NCBI GenBank assembly: GCA_963720755.1
Contig: CAVRGP010000011.1
Span: 608,001-672,000 of the forward strand
Direction of reading: 5' to 3'
Origin: an uncultured Chloroflexia bacterium
GTDB taxonomy: Bacteria; Chloroflexota; Limnocylindria; Limnocylindrales; CSP1-4
Length of the DNA: 64,000 nt
Shown here: positions 9,493-20,909 of the stretch, in pieces
Position numbering within the stretch: position 1 is the stretch's first letter
Layout: each line of letters opens with the position of its first letter
Position numbers and translations under genes: made by a program
Notes under the pieces: model-generated
Database searches by the model: none
Seen by the model: only the letters and a program-made list of their open reading frames with translations
What the model was told of the DNA's origin: nothing

Positions 9493-9697
9493 CGGCGCCG
9501 GGCCAGGACGGTCGGGATCGGCGGATCGACGGTCACGGTCGGAGCGTACGCCCTCGCGACTGGTGGATCGCCACGCGAAGCGGTCCGCGACCCATGTCGG
9601 GGTTCAGCGGAAGTACGCACATGCAACTGACCATTGACCGGTGGGTCGAGCCACCGCATCCGGTCATGATCGAACGACCGCCACTATCGAAGGAGCC

Positions 9698-11758
9698 ATG
9701 CCCCGATCAAGCCGACACCGAGTCGCCGTCGAGCGCGCTCGACCGTCCGAAGACGGCAGAGCCGAGCAGGACCATGCCCAACGCGTCGAGTCGGCGATCC
9801 TCGCGGCGATCCCGGATGCGGTCGTGGTGACCGACGTCGACGGCACGATCACCTACTGGAATGATGGTGCCGCGTCACTCTTCGGATACACGGCAGCGGA
9901 GATGCTGGGCCGGCCGGCCGATGTCGTATATCCGCCCGAGGACCCCGATCTCCCGAATCGGATCGGCGATTCGTTCACGGGCGAATGGCGAGGTCTCAAC
10001 AAGGATGGCGAGAGCGTCTGGATCCAACTTCACGCGCAACCTCTGGTCGATGAGGACGGGGTCACCGTCGGCGGCATCGGGATCGCGACCGATATCACCG
10101 AGCGCAAGCAGCGCGACGAGGAGCGCCAGTGGCTGGCGACCGCGGTCGCCCAGGCCGCTGAATCCGTCGTCATCACCGACCGCGACGCCCGTATCGTTTA
10201 CGTGAACCCGGCATTCGAGCGCCTGACCGGCTACAGCAGCACGGAAGTCCTCGGGGAAAACCCGCGGATCCTCAAGAGCGGCGTCCAATCGACCACCTTC
10301 TATCAGGCGATGTGGGCCGCGCTCTCAAGCGGGATCCCGTGGATCGCCGACATGACCAATCGACGCAAGGACGGCTCGCTGTTCCAGGAGTCCGGCGTCT
10401 TTACGCCACTCAAGGACGAGGCGGGCTCCATCACGGGATATGTCGCCGTCAAGCGAGATGTCACCCGGGAGCGCGTGCTCGAGGCGGAAGGGGCGGCCGC
10501 TGGTCGCGAGCGAGCGCTCATCGCGGAAACGCTCAGGAGCCTGCCGGCCGGGATGTCACCGGAAGCGACCGGGTCGGCGGTCTGCCGTCAGGTGCTCAGC
10601 ATGGCCGGTCTGACCCACGCTCATATGTTCCTGTTCGCAAGTGACGGTCGGGCCACGCCGATCGGCCTGGCCACCATCGATGACCACCCTGTCGATGCCC
10701 GACGCCTCCCGGTGGGGCGGAGCCGAGTCCTGCATGCCAAAGCCTCCGCAGGGCCATGGATCGAGCCATGGTCGCCCCGCAATGGACACCCGTTCAACCA
10801 GTTGATCCAGGACCTGCAGGTCGGATCGGCAGCCTATGTGCCGATCGGTTCGGGAGAAGGTCTGATCGGGATCCTGATCGCGGGGACGCGGGGGGATGAC
10901 GGGACGATCACCCTATCAGCCGCGTTGCCGGGCCTGATGGAGTTCGCAAGCGTCGCCGGAACCCTTCTGGATCCGGCTCTGACCGCAATCGCCGCGGCCG
11001 CAAGCGAGTATGAACGGATCGCCGGCGTGATCGATCAGCGAGCGTTCGCGACGGTCTTCCAGCCGATCGTCGACCTCGAGACCGATCGGCCGGTCGGGTT
11101 CGAGGCATTGTCCCGATTCGGCGACGGGACGCGACCTGATCTGGTATTTCAGGCTGCCCGGCGAGTCAACCTCGGGCGTGAGCTCGAGTTGGCCGCGATC
11201 GACAGTGCCCTGGGAGCGGCGCGGGTCCTGCCGGAGACCGCCTTCCTGAGCCTCAACGCATCACCTGATCTGATCCTGGCCGGTTCGGAGCTGTCTGCCA
11301 TGATCTCGGGCTGGGAGGGTGCGGTCGTGCTTGAGATCACCGAACACCAGCCGATCGCCGACTACGACCGCCTGCACACGGCGCTCGATGCCCTCGGACC
11401 CGCCATCCGGCTCGCGGTCGACGATGTCGGTGCCGGGATCGCGAATTTCGACCACCTGATCGGCGTTCGACCGCAGTTCATCAAGGTCGACATCGGTCTG
11501 GTCCGCGGCGTCGACGCTGACCTCGCTCGACAGGCCCTGATCGTCGCGCTCCTCCATTTTGCCGAGACGACCGGCGCTCAGGTCATCGCGGAAGGGATCG
11601 AAACAGCCGCGGAACTGGCGACATTGCGCAGGCTCGGCGTGCGGCTCGGACAAGGCTTCTACCTTGGCCGGCCCGCCGAGGCTCGCACATTCACGCGGCG
11701 ACCCACGGCGCCTTCGCGGGGTCGTCGGGCGACCCGGGTCGGTGTGACCGCCGGCTGA
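9698..11758 (+). CDS. PAS-PAS-GAF-like-EAL c-di-GMP phosphodiesterase
   Basis: Two PAS/PAC repeats, FQPIV, EAL, EITE, DDVGAG, KVD, AEGIE, GQG. Confidence 0.9.
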   Translation: MPRSSRHRVAVERARPSEDGRAEQDHAQRVESAILAAIPDAVVVTDVDGTITYWNDGAASLFGYTAAEMLGRPADVVYPPEDPDLPNRIGDSFTGEWRGLNKDGESVWIQLHAQPLVDEDGVTVGGIGIATDITERKQRDEERQWLATAVAQAAESVVITDRDARIVYVNPAFERLTGYSSTEVLGENPRILKSGVQSTTFYQAMWAALSSGIPWIADMTNRRKDGSLFQESGVFTPLKDEAGSITGYVAVKRDVTRERVLEAEGAAAGRERALIAETLRSLPAGMSPEATGSAVCRQVLSMAGLTHAHMFLFASDGRATPIGLATIDDHPVDARRLPVGRSRVLHAKASAGPWIEPWSPRNGHPFNQLIQDLQVGSAAYVPIGSGEGLIGILIAGTRGDDGTITLSAALPGLMEFASVAGTLLDPALTAIAAAASEYERIAGVIDQRAFATVFQPIVDLETDRPVGFEALSRFGDGTRPDLVFQAARRVNLGRELELAAIDSALGAARVLPETAFLSLNASPDLILAGSELSAMISGWEGAVVLEITEHQPIADYDRLHTALDALGPAIRLAVDDVGAGIANFDHLIGVRPQFIKVDIGLVRGVDADLARQALIVALLHFAETTGAQVIAEGIETAAELATLRRLGVRLGQGFYLGRPAEARTFTRRPTAPSRGRRATRVGVTAG

Positions 11759-11847
11759 CGACCCGGCGGTCAGGAGGGGCCGATCGGCCCAATGCCGATG
11801 ACACTCGGCATCTGTGACATCTCAGCGTTCAGTGTGATGTTGATCGC

Positions 11848-12177
11848 ATGAGCCAGCCTCTCCCGATGTTCCCGGAGCCGCGCCTCGATCTGACCGCCCC
11901 TGACGTGACAGATGCCGCTGCGATCGCCGCGATCCTGGCCGACCCCATCCGGGCCGGCATCCTCCGACTCCTGGCCGACGGGCCTCACTGCGTCTGCGAG
12001 ATGGCAGCCGCCCTGGGTGCCCGCGAAAACAACGTGAGCAACCACCTCGCCCGGCTCCGCGAGGCCGGTCTCGTGCGCGCCAGCCGGCACGACGCGAACG
12101 GCCGGTATCTCTACTACGAGCGCGACGAGACGGCCGTGGGCCGGGCTCGTGCGGCCGTTGCCGACGTCCTCCGATGA
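11848..12177 (+). CDS. ArsR/SmtB metalloregulator
   Basis: LADPIR...HCVCEM...VSNHLARLREAGLV; ACATC-N14-GATGT dyad at 11817-11840. Confidence 0.9.
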   Translation: MSQPLPMFPEPRLDLTAPDVTDAAAIAAILADPIRAGILRLLADGPHCVCEMAAALGARENNVSNHLARLREAGLVRASRHDANGRYLYYERDETAVGRARAAVADVLR

Positions 12178-13214
12178 CATCCGCGACACTGCATCGGGCC
12201 CAGCCACCGATCGGACTCGCGATCGCCGTGGGGACGGTCATGTGGCTGGTAGCCTGGTTCCTCGCCTTGCCAGCCGCCGACTGGGCAGCGTACGGGGCCC
12301 TGGGCTTCGAGCGGGGCTCGCAGGCAGGCGACTCGATCGCGTTCTTCCTGTATGACGTGCCCAAGGTCCTGCTGCTCCTCACCGGCGTCGTCACCCTCGT
12401 GTCGTTCCTGCGTTCGTTCGTGTCGCCTGAGCGCGTTCGGGCGGCCCTCGCAGGTCGGGGTGTCCTGCCGGGGACGATGGCCGCTGCGGGCTTCGGCGTC
12501 ATCACCCCCTTCTGCTCCTGTTCCGCGGTGCCGTTGTTCATCGGCTTCGTGGAAGCCGGTGTCCCGCTCGGTGTGACCTTCGCCTTCCTGGTCGCCTCAC
12601 CGATGGTCAATGAGGTCGCCATCGTCCTGCTGTGGGGCCTGTTCGGCCCGGGGATCGCGTTGACGTACATCGGCGCGGGTCTCACCGTTGCCGTCGTCGC
12701 CGGTCTCGTCATCGGCCGGCTGCACCTCGAGCGATATGTCGAGGACTACGTGTGGCAGATCCACGCCTCAGGTTCGACCGTCGACATCCGGCCGACCCTC
12801 GACGAGCGCGTCCGCGACGCCTGGCGCTCGACCCTGGATATCGTCAAGCGCGTCCTGCCATACGTGCTCGCCGGGATCGCGGTCGGCGCGCTCATCCACG
12901 GTTTCGTGCCGACGGACGTCGTCGTCTCGGTCGGCGGACGCGAAAACCCACTCGCCGTTCCGGCGCTGGTCATCCTCGGGATCCCGCTCTACGGCAACGC
13001 GGCCGGGACCATCCCGATCATCGAGGCCCTGCTCGCGAAGGGCCTTCCGGTCGGCTCCGCGCTCGCCTTCATGATGGCCATCACGGCCCTGTCCATCCCC
13101 GAAATGGTGATCCTGCGTCGGGTCATGAAGCCACGGCTCATCGTCACGTTTGCATCGATCGTAGGCGCCGGGATCCTCCTGGTCGGCTACGGCTTCAACC
13201 TGTTCCTGTCCTGA
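12174..13214 (+). CDS. DUF318/ArsP-type permease
   Basis: TPFCSCSAVP motif, multi-TM, in operon with ArsR. Confidence 0.85.
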   Translation: MTSATLHRAQPPIGLAIAVGTVMWLVAWFLALPAADWAAYGALGFERGSQAGDSIAFFLYDVPKVLLLLTGVVTLVSFLRSFVSPERVRAALAGRGVLPGTMAAAGFGVITPFCSCSAVPLFIGFVEAGVPLGVTFAFLVASPMVNEVAIVLLWGLFGPGIALTYIGAGLTVAVVAGLVIGRLHLERYVEDYVWQIHASGSTVDIRPTLDERVRDAWRSTLDIVKRVLPYVLAGIAVGALIHGFVPTDVVVSVGGRENPLAVPALVILGIPLYGNAAGTIPIIEALLAKGLPVGSALAFMMAITALSIPEMVILRRVMKPRLIVTFASIVGAGILLVGYGFNLFLS

Positions 13215-13227
13215 AGGGAGTCCTCCT

Positions 13228-13467
13228 GTGCACGTCATCGAAGTCCTCGGCCCCGGCTGCCAGAAGTGCCAGTACACCGAGAAGGTCGTTCGGGAGGTCG
13301 TCGAGTCGGCCGGCATCGCGGCCGAGATCACCCACGTCACCGACTACGCGGAGATCGCCCAGCGAGGCGTGATGTCGACGCCCGGCCTTGTCATCGACGG
13401 CACCGTCGTCCTTGCCGGTCGCGTCCCGACCCGTGATCAGGTCGCAGCCTGGCTCGGAGTCGCTTGA
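13228..13467 (+). CDS. Small thioredoxin-family redox-active disulfide protein
   Basis: LGPGCQKC, GVMSTPGLVIDG. Confidence 0.9.
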   Translation: MHVIEVLGPGCQKCQYTEKVVREVVESAGIAAEITHVTDYAEIAQRGVMSTPGLVIDGTVVLAGRVPTRDQVAAWLGVA

Positions 13468-13546
13468 TCGCAGTTCGGAGGCTCGGCGGCGCCGGCGGAT
13501 CGACCCGATGCCGCCCCATCCAGCCGTCGATGGATACCCACCTGGG

Positions 13547-13626
13547 GTATTGACAAAGTATTGACAAATGCCGCCCTGGGGTGGCAAGATATCGCTACTT
13601 GGGCTTGTCAAGACTTGACAGGCCCA
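13547..13626 (+). promoter_or_regulatory. Sigma70-type promoter region of dnaG-rpoD with downstream palindrome
   Basis: TTGACA 13561-13566, 18 nt, TGn-CAAGAT 13585-13590; second TTGACA 13550; 27-bp dyad 13600-13626. Confidence 0.6.
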
Positions 13627-13655
13627 CAGGCATGTCCGGGTCCAGGAGGCGCTGT

Positions 13656-15575
13656 TTGGCGGTCGGTGTCGCAGCCGAAGTGAAGAGCAAGCTGTCGGTC
13701 GTCGATGTCGTCGGCGAATCGGTCAGCTTGAAGAAGGCCGGCACCACCTACAAGGGTCTCTGCCCGTTCCACGGTGAGAAGACACCTTCGTTTGTGGTGA
13801 CCCCGCACCGCGAGACCTGGCACTGCTTCGGGTGTGGGCTGGGAGGCGACATCTTCAGCTTCGTCATGCAGCGAGACAGCGTGACCTTCCCGGAGGCGTT
13901 GCGGACACTTGCCCAGCGAGCCGGGGTCGAGATCGACGAGCGAACGAAGCGAGAGGATGCCCATCAGGCACGGCTTCGTCAGGTCCTCGATAGCGCGATC
14001 GCCTTCTACCATGCCGTCCTGACATCGTCGAATGCCGGCAAGGTCGCGCTCGAGTACCTCCATGAGCGTGGTTTCACGGACGAGACCATCGCCGCGTATC
14101 AACTCGGCTGGGCGCCTGCTGGTTGGGACCAGATGACCCGGACCCTGGGCACGAAACGCGATGTGCGCCCGGAGGAACTCGTGGAGGTCGGTCTCGCCTC
14201 GCCTCGGCAGGGGGGCCGGGGCGGTGTCTACGACAAGTTCCGTTCACGGGTGACGTTCCCGATCCGCGACCAGAACGGCCACGCCGTCGGACTCGGGGGC
14301 CGTCTGCTCGAAGGCGACGGGCCGAAGTATCTGAACTCACCGGCGACCCCGCTGTTCGACAAGAGCCGGACGCTATATCTCATCGACAAGGCCAAAGGGC
14401 CCATCCGCAAGTCCGGCCAGGCCGTCATCGTCGAGGGTTATACGGACGCCTTGATGGCGCACCAGGCCGGGTTCGACAACGTCGTGGCCAGCCTCGGGAC
14501 GGCCCTGACGGCCGGGCAGGTCGCCCTGTTGACTCGGTATGCCAGCCGGATCGTGCTCGCCTACGACGTCGACGCGGCTGGCGAGAAGGCGGGCCAGCTC
14601 GGGGTGACCGCGCTGACCGGGCTGATCGGCCAGCTGCAGGCGGATACCTCCGGGGTCAAACTCGAGGACGTGCGGGTCGCCCGGCTGCCGGACGGCAAGG
14701 ACCCGGATGACGTGGTCCGCTCCGATCCGGCCGGGTGGGCGTCGGCGGTGGCGGGAGCGAAGCCGCTCGTCGAATACCTGATCGAGCATCACGCCGGGCG
14801 CTTCGACCTCAAGACTTCGTCGGGCCGGATCGGCTTCGTCGAGGCCGTCATGCCGGCCATCCGCGACATCGCCGATCCACTCCGCCGCGATGAGGCGCTC
14901 GGCGAGGTCCGGCGCGTGTCGGGAGTGGAGGACCGGGTCCTGCGCCAGGTCCTTGAGCGACCGGCGCGCAATCCGATCAGCCAGGGTCGCAACGGACGAG
15001 ATGGCGACACGCGGATGAGCGCGGACGCGGTCATCGGCTCACCCGATGCGCTGCCCATCCATGACATCCTGCGTGCGATCACCCCGGTCGAGTCAGAGCT
15101 GCTCCGCCTCCTCCTGCTCGTCCCGGACCAGCAGCTGCGGGTCGTCGACGAACTCGGCCCCGACCGCCTGCCGAGCACGGTCGCTCGTGAATTGTTCCGC
15201 GCCATCGTCCTGCAGCGTGCCCCGGACGATGCCGGTGTCCATCCGTCGTTCGACGGCGCCGCTCTCCTGCTCTCGGTCGACGATGAAACGGCAGCGCTCG
15301 CTCGAGCGTTGTATGCAAAGGCGGGTCCGGACCCTCGTGGCCTGACCGCGTCCCAGCTCGACTACGAGGTCGCCCGTCTGCTCCTCGAGCTGGAGGATGA
15401 CCAGTTGCGTGAGCGGAGTGACTACAACGAGGCCGCCCAGGGGGAGGCCGAACGAGCCGGTGATCATGAGGCGATGACCCGGCTGATGCTCGAACGACGC
15501 CAGATCAACGAGATGCGCCTGTCGCTTGACCGGCGCCGAGACCAGACCCGGCTGCTCGCCAGCCACCGGAGGTAA
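13656..15575 (+). CDS. dnaG: DNA primase
   Basis: CPFH..E..PSF..CFGC zinc finger, PKYLNSP, VEGYTD Toprim, DVDAAG, KDPD; TTG start 6 nt after AGGAGG. Confidence 0.95.
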   Translation: MAVGVAAEVKSKLSVVDVVGESVSLKKAGTTYKGLCPFHGEKTPSFVVTPHRETWHCFGCGLGGDIFSFVMQRDSVTFPEALRTLAQRAGVEIDERTKREDAHQARLRQVLDSAIAFYHAVLTSSNAGKVALEYLHERGFTDETIAAYQLGWAPAGWDQMTRTLGTKRDVRPEELVEVGLASPRQGGRGGVYDKFRSRVTFPIRDQNGHAVGLGGRLLEGDGPKYLNSPATPLFDKSRTLYLIDKAKGPIRKSGQAVIVEGYTDALMAHQAGFDNVVASLGTALTAGQVALLTRYASRIVLAYDVDAAGEKAGQLGVTALTGLIGQLQADTSGVKLEDVRVARLPDGKDPDDVVRSDPAGWASAVAGAKPLVEYLIEHHAGRFDLKTSSGRIGFVEAVMPAIRDIADPLRRDEALGEVRRVSGVEDRVLRQVLERPARNPISQGRNGRDGDTRMSADAVIGSPDALPIHDILRAITPVESELLRLLLLVPDQQLRVVDELGPDRLPSTVARELFRAIVLQRAPDDAGVHPSFDGAALLLSVDDETAALARALYAKAGPDPRGLTASQLDYEVARLLLELEDDQLRERSDYNEAAQGEAERAGDHEAMTRLMLERRQINEMRLSLDRRRDQTRLLASHRR

Positions 15576-15578
15576 GCC

Positions 15579-17294
<1,716 letters not shown>

Positions 17295-17340
17295 GGCGAG
17301 GGTGCCGGGATTGGACGGACTCGCTTCGCGGGTGGCCACC

Positions 17341-18669
17341 ATGCGCTTCCTGAGCCAGTGCATCGGCCTGCCGGTTCGCGACCCGTCCGGCGAGCCGATC
17401 GGCACCATCGCGGACCTGATCGTCGCCATCGGCGACCGGTACCCGCCCGTGACCGGGCTGGTCGCAAAGACCGACCGCCGTGAGATCTTCCTGCCCTGGC
17501 GCAACGTCGAGGTCTTCGACGATGGCGGGGCCCGTCTGCGAGTCCCGACCATCGACATCGGCGTGTTCCAGCAGCGCCCAACCGAGATCCTGCTCAAGGC
17601 CGATCTCCTCGACAAGCAGATCGTGGATATCGAGGGGCGCAAGGTCATCCGGGTCAATGACGTCAGCCTGGACGAGATCGATGGCCAGTTGCGGGTGGTC
17701 GCCGTGGACGTGGGTGCCGCCGGGCTGCTCCGTCGGCTCGGGATCGAGGGTCGGCTGCGAGGCGTCGCCCGCAACCTCAAGGTGGCGGTGCCGGAGCGCT
17801 ATATCGACTGGGAGGACGTCGACCCGCTCGAGAGCACGATCGCCAGCGTCCGGCTGCGCGTTCCCCACGCCAAGCTGGCCGAGCTCCACCCCGCGGACCT
17901 CGCCGCGATCATCGAGGAACTCACCCCGCGCGACCGCCTGGGGGTCCTGTCCTGGCTCGACGACGAGGCGCTTGCCGACGTCGTCGAGGAGATGGAGCCA
18001 GATACCCAGGTCGAGGTCCTCGAGGACCTCGAGCCCGGGCGGGCCGCCGACATTCTCGAGGAGATGAGTCCGGACGACGCGGCGGACCTGGTGGCCGACC
18101 TGTCGGACCGGAGCCGCGCCGAGATCCTCGCCCTGATGGAGGCCGGCGAAGCCGACGAGGTGCGCGACCTGCTCGCCTTCCCGGAGGATTCCGCGGGCGG
18201 GATGATGACGACCGAGTTCGTGGCCGTGGGAGCGACCCTCACGGCGGCCGAGACGATCGAGCGATTGCGCGAGTTGGAGCCGGACGCCGAGACGATCTAC
18301 TACGTCTACGTGGTCGACGACGTCGGCCGATTGGTCGGGGTCCTGTCGCTCCGCGACCTCATCGTCGCCCAGCCGGACACCCGGCTCAGTGACGTCATGA
18401 TGGACGAGCCCGTGGCCGTCGGCGTGCTCGAGCCGGCCGAGTCCGTCGCCGAGACCATCGCCCACTACAACCTCCTCGCCGTGCCCGTCATCGGCGACTC
18501 GGGCCGCCTGATCGGGATCGTGACCGTCGATGACGCGATGGACACGGTGGCCCCGTCCGCCTGGCGACGCCGGCTTCCCCGGGTGGTCGCCCGACCCGAT
18601 CGTGATGGCGTGCCGGGCGAGCCGATGGCCGCCCAGGCGCAGCCGCCCGACACCGATCCGCCCCGGTGA
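17341..18669 (+). CDS. PRC-barrel + MgtE N-domain + CBS pair protein (no TM domain)
   Basis: LHPADLA, MSPDDAADL, DSAGGMMTTEF, YVVDD, GIVTVDDA; ends without TM helices. Confidence 0.85.
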   Translation: MRFLSQCIGLPVRDPSGEPIGTIADLIVAIGDRYPPVTGLVAKTDRREIFLPWRNVEVFDDGGARLRVPTIDIGVFQQRPTEILLKADLLDKQIVDIEGRKVIRVNDVSLDEIDGQLRVVAVDVGAAGLLRRLGIEGRLRGVARNLKVAVPERYIDWEDVDPLESTIASVRLRVPHAKLAELHPADLAAIIEELTPRDRLGVLSWLDDEALADVVEEMEPDTQVEVLEDLEPGRAADILEEMSPDDAADLVADLSDRSRAEILALMEAGEADEVRDLLAFPEDSAGGMMTTEFVAVGATLTAAETIERLRELEPDAETIYYVYVVDDVGRLVGVLSLRDLIVAQPDTRLSDVMMDEPVAVGVLEPAESVAETIAHYNLLAVPVIGDSGRLIGIVTVDDAMDTVAPSAWRRRLPRVVARPDRDGVPGEPMAAQAQPPDTDPPR

Positions 18670-20015
18670 CGCACGGTCGGGGCCTGCGCGACACCGTGGT
18701 CGCGCAGCGTCGGCGCGTCGCGTCGCGTCTGCCGCGGATCCCGGTCCCGCGTCTCCGCGGTCGGTTCAGGCGTCGTGGCCTGCTCGCGTTCCTCGCGGTC
18801 ATGGGTCCAGGGATCATCGCGGGTGTCGCCGGCAACGACGCGGGGGGCCTGACGACGTACTCGGTGATGGGCGCGGAGACGGGGCTCAGCCTCCTGTGGA
18901 TCTTCCCGATCACGATCGTGATCCTCGCCGTCGTCCAGGAGATGGTCGCCCGCCTGGGGGTGATCACCGGCCAGGGCCTGTCCGATCTGATCCGCGAGCG
19001 GTTCGGCGTTCGCTGGACCGTCTTCGCGATGGTGGTCCTGCTGGTCGCGAACATCGCCAACACCATCGCGAATCTGGCCGGGGCGGCGGCAGCTCTCGAC
19101 ATCTTCGGTGTTCCGAAGTGGCTGACCGTCCCCATCGTGGCGATCTCGATCTGGGGGCTGGTCCTGTTCGCCAGCTATCGGAATGTCGAGCGGGTCTTCC
19201 TGGCCGTCATGCTCGTGTTCCTCGCCTATCCGATCGCAGCCGTGATGGCCACCCCGGACTGGACGCCCGTGGTCCACGCCTTCGTGTCCCCGTCCTTCGC
19301 CCTCGACCCGGCGGTCATGCTGCTGCTGGTCGCAGTCGTCGGCACGACGATCACGCCGTACATGCAGTTCTACCTGCAATCCGCAGTTGCGGAGAAAGGC
19401 ATCGGCGAGGAGGAACTTCGCCTGGAGCAGGCCGATGCCGTCGTCGGGTCGGTGTGGACGAACCTGATCGCGGTGTTCATCGTGGTCGCGACTGCGGCCG
19501 CGGTCGGTGTCGCCGGCGGGGCGACGATCAATTCGGCCGCCGACGCCGCCCAAGCCCTGGAGCCGGTCGCAGGACCGTGGGCCGAAGCGCTCTTCGGGAT
19601 CGGGTTGTTCGGGGCGTCCGTTCTGGCGGCAACGATCATGCCGATCTCGACCGCCTTCGTGATCTGCGAGGCGTTCGGCTGGGAAAGCGGCGTCGGCAAG
19701 CGCTTCGGGGATGCCCCGATCTTTTTCGGCGTCTACACCTTCATGCTCGCGCTCGGGGGCATCGTGGTGCTGCTCGTGGCGGACAGCGCCCTGGTCCCGA
19801 TCATCGTCGGCAGCCAGTACCTCCAGGGCATCCTGCTGCCCGTCGTCCTCGTGTTCGTCGTGCTCCTGGTCAACGACCGCCGCCTGATGGGCAGGTACGT
19901 CAACGGCCGGTGGGGCAACGTGCTCGCCTGGGGTGCGGTCGCGGTGGTCGTCGCACTCAACGTGGTGGTACTCGGCGTGGCGTTGCTGGGCGTCTTTGGG
20001 ATCACCATCGCCTGA
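18666..20015 (+). CDS. NRAMP-related divalent cation (probably Mg2+) transporter
   Basis: MGPGII..GNDAGG, QEMVARLG..TGQGL, GTTITPYMQF. Confidence 0.85.
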   Translation: MTHGRGLRDTVVAQRRRVASRLPRIPVPRLRGRFRRRGLLAFLAVMGPGIIAGVAGNDAGGLTTYSVMGAETGLSLLWIFPITIVILAVVQEMVARLGVITGQGLSDLIRERFGVRWTVFAMVVLLVANIANTIANLAGAAAALDIFGVPKWLTVPIVAISIWGLVLFASYRNVERVFLAVMLVFLAYPIAAVMATPDWTPVVHAFVSPSFALDPAVMLLLVAVVGTTITPYMQFYLQSAVAEKGIGEEELRLEQADAVVGSVWTNLIAVFIVVATAAAVGVAGGATINSAADAAQALEPVAGPWAEALFGIGLFGASVLAATIMPISTAFVICEAFGWESGVGKRFGDAPIFFGVYTFMLALGGIVVLLVADSALVPIIVGSQYLQGILLPVVLVFVVLLVNDRRLMGRYVNGRWGNVLAWGAVAVVVALNVVVLGVALLGVFGITIA

Positions 20016-20186
20016 CCGGGTCATCCAGGGCGGGCCGTCCCGCTGCCCCGAAGGTGACTCATGGCCCTACGCACCGGTGCCGAATGGGGCGAGAGTCATG
20101 GTTGGATCGTGGCGCGAGTGTGCGCCGCGCTAGACGAAGACGACATGAACGCAGGGATCCTGCAGGACGATGGTGAGGTGGCTCCG

Positions 20187-20894
20187 ATGATGACCGTTCG
20201 CGATGTGATGACCAGTCCGGTGGTCTCGGTCCTGCCGTCGACGCCCCTCAAGGAGGTGGCGATCCTGCTGATCGACAACCGGATCAGCGGTCTGCCCGTG
20301 GTCGATGCCGAGGGCACGCTGCTCGGGATCGTTTCCGAGGCGGATTTCCTGATGAAGGAGCAGGGTGCCGAGGCGATCCGCCACCGGCGACTTGCCCGGT
20401 TCATCGGCGAGTCGCGCGAGTCCCGCGAGCGGCTCGAGAAGGTCGAAGCGATCACCGCCGCCGACGCGATGACGTCGCCGGCCGTCACGATCGCGTCGCG
20501 GAGCCGGATCAGCGAGGCGGCTGCATTGATGACCTCGCGGAAGGTGAACCGCCTGCCCGTCGTGGACGACGGGACCCTGGTCGGGATCGTGACCCGCGCG
20601 GACCTCGTCCGAGCCTACGTCCGCACCGACGAGGAACTGGCGACGACGATCCGGGAGGAAGTCCTGCTTCACGTCCTGTGGCTCGACCCGACGACGTTCA
20701 AGGTCTCGGTGCGGGGCGGCGTGGCGTCCATCAGCGGACACGTCGAGCGCCACTCGACCGCCGGGATGGTCGAGCAATTGTCGGCCATGGTCCCGGGGAT
20801 CATCGGCGTCCATACCGACATCACCTGGGCCGTTGACGATAGCCAACTCACCCCGGCCTCGAGCGATCCGGTCTTCCCGTTCGGCCAGCGCTGA
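20187..20894 (+). CDS. CBS-pair + BON domain protein
   Basis: VRDVMT, ISGLPVVD, GIVTRADL, C-terminal BON-like VSVRGGVASISG. Confidence 0.85.
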   Translation: MMTVRDVMTSPVVSVLPSTPLKEVAILLIDNRISGLPVVDAEGTLLGIVSEADFLMKEQGAEAIRHRRLARFIGESRESRERLEKVEAITAADAMTSPAVTIASRSRISEAAALMTSRKVNRLPVVDDGTLVGIVTRADLVRAYVRTDEELATTIREEVLLHVLWLDPTTFKVSVRGGVASISGHVERHSTAGMVEQLSAMVPGIIGVHTDITWAVDDSQLTPASSDPVFPFGQR

Positions 20895-20909
20895 TCGGGG
20901 TTCCGGGCT

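Noticed and set aside
9698-13467. Possible horizontally acquired EAL + ars block
   Set aside because: No mobility genes or boundary repeats; any codon-usage difference is only an impression I cannot quantify
14069-14086. GTTTCACG half-site of canonical parS (also near 56302)
   Set aside because: Second half-site absent; both lie in coding sequence
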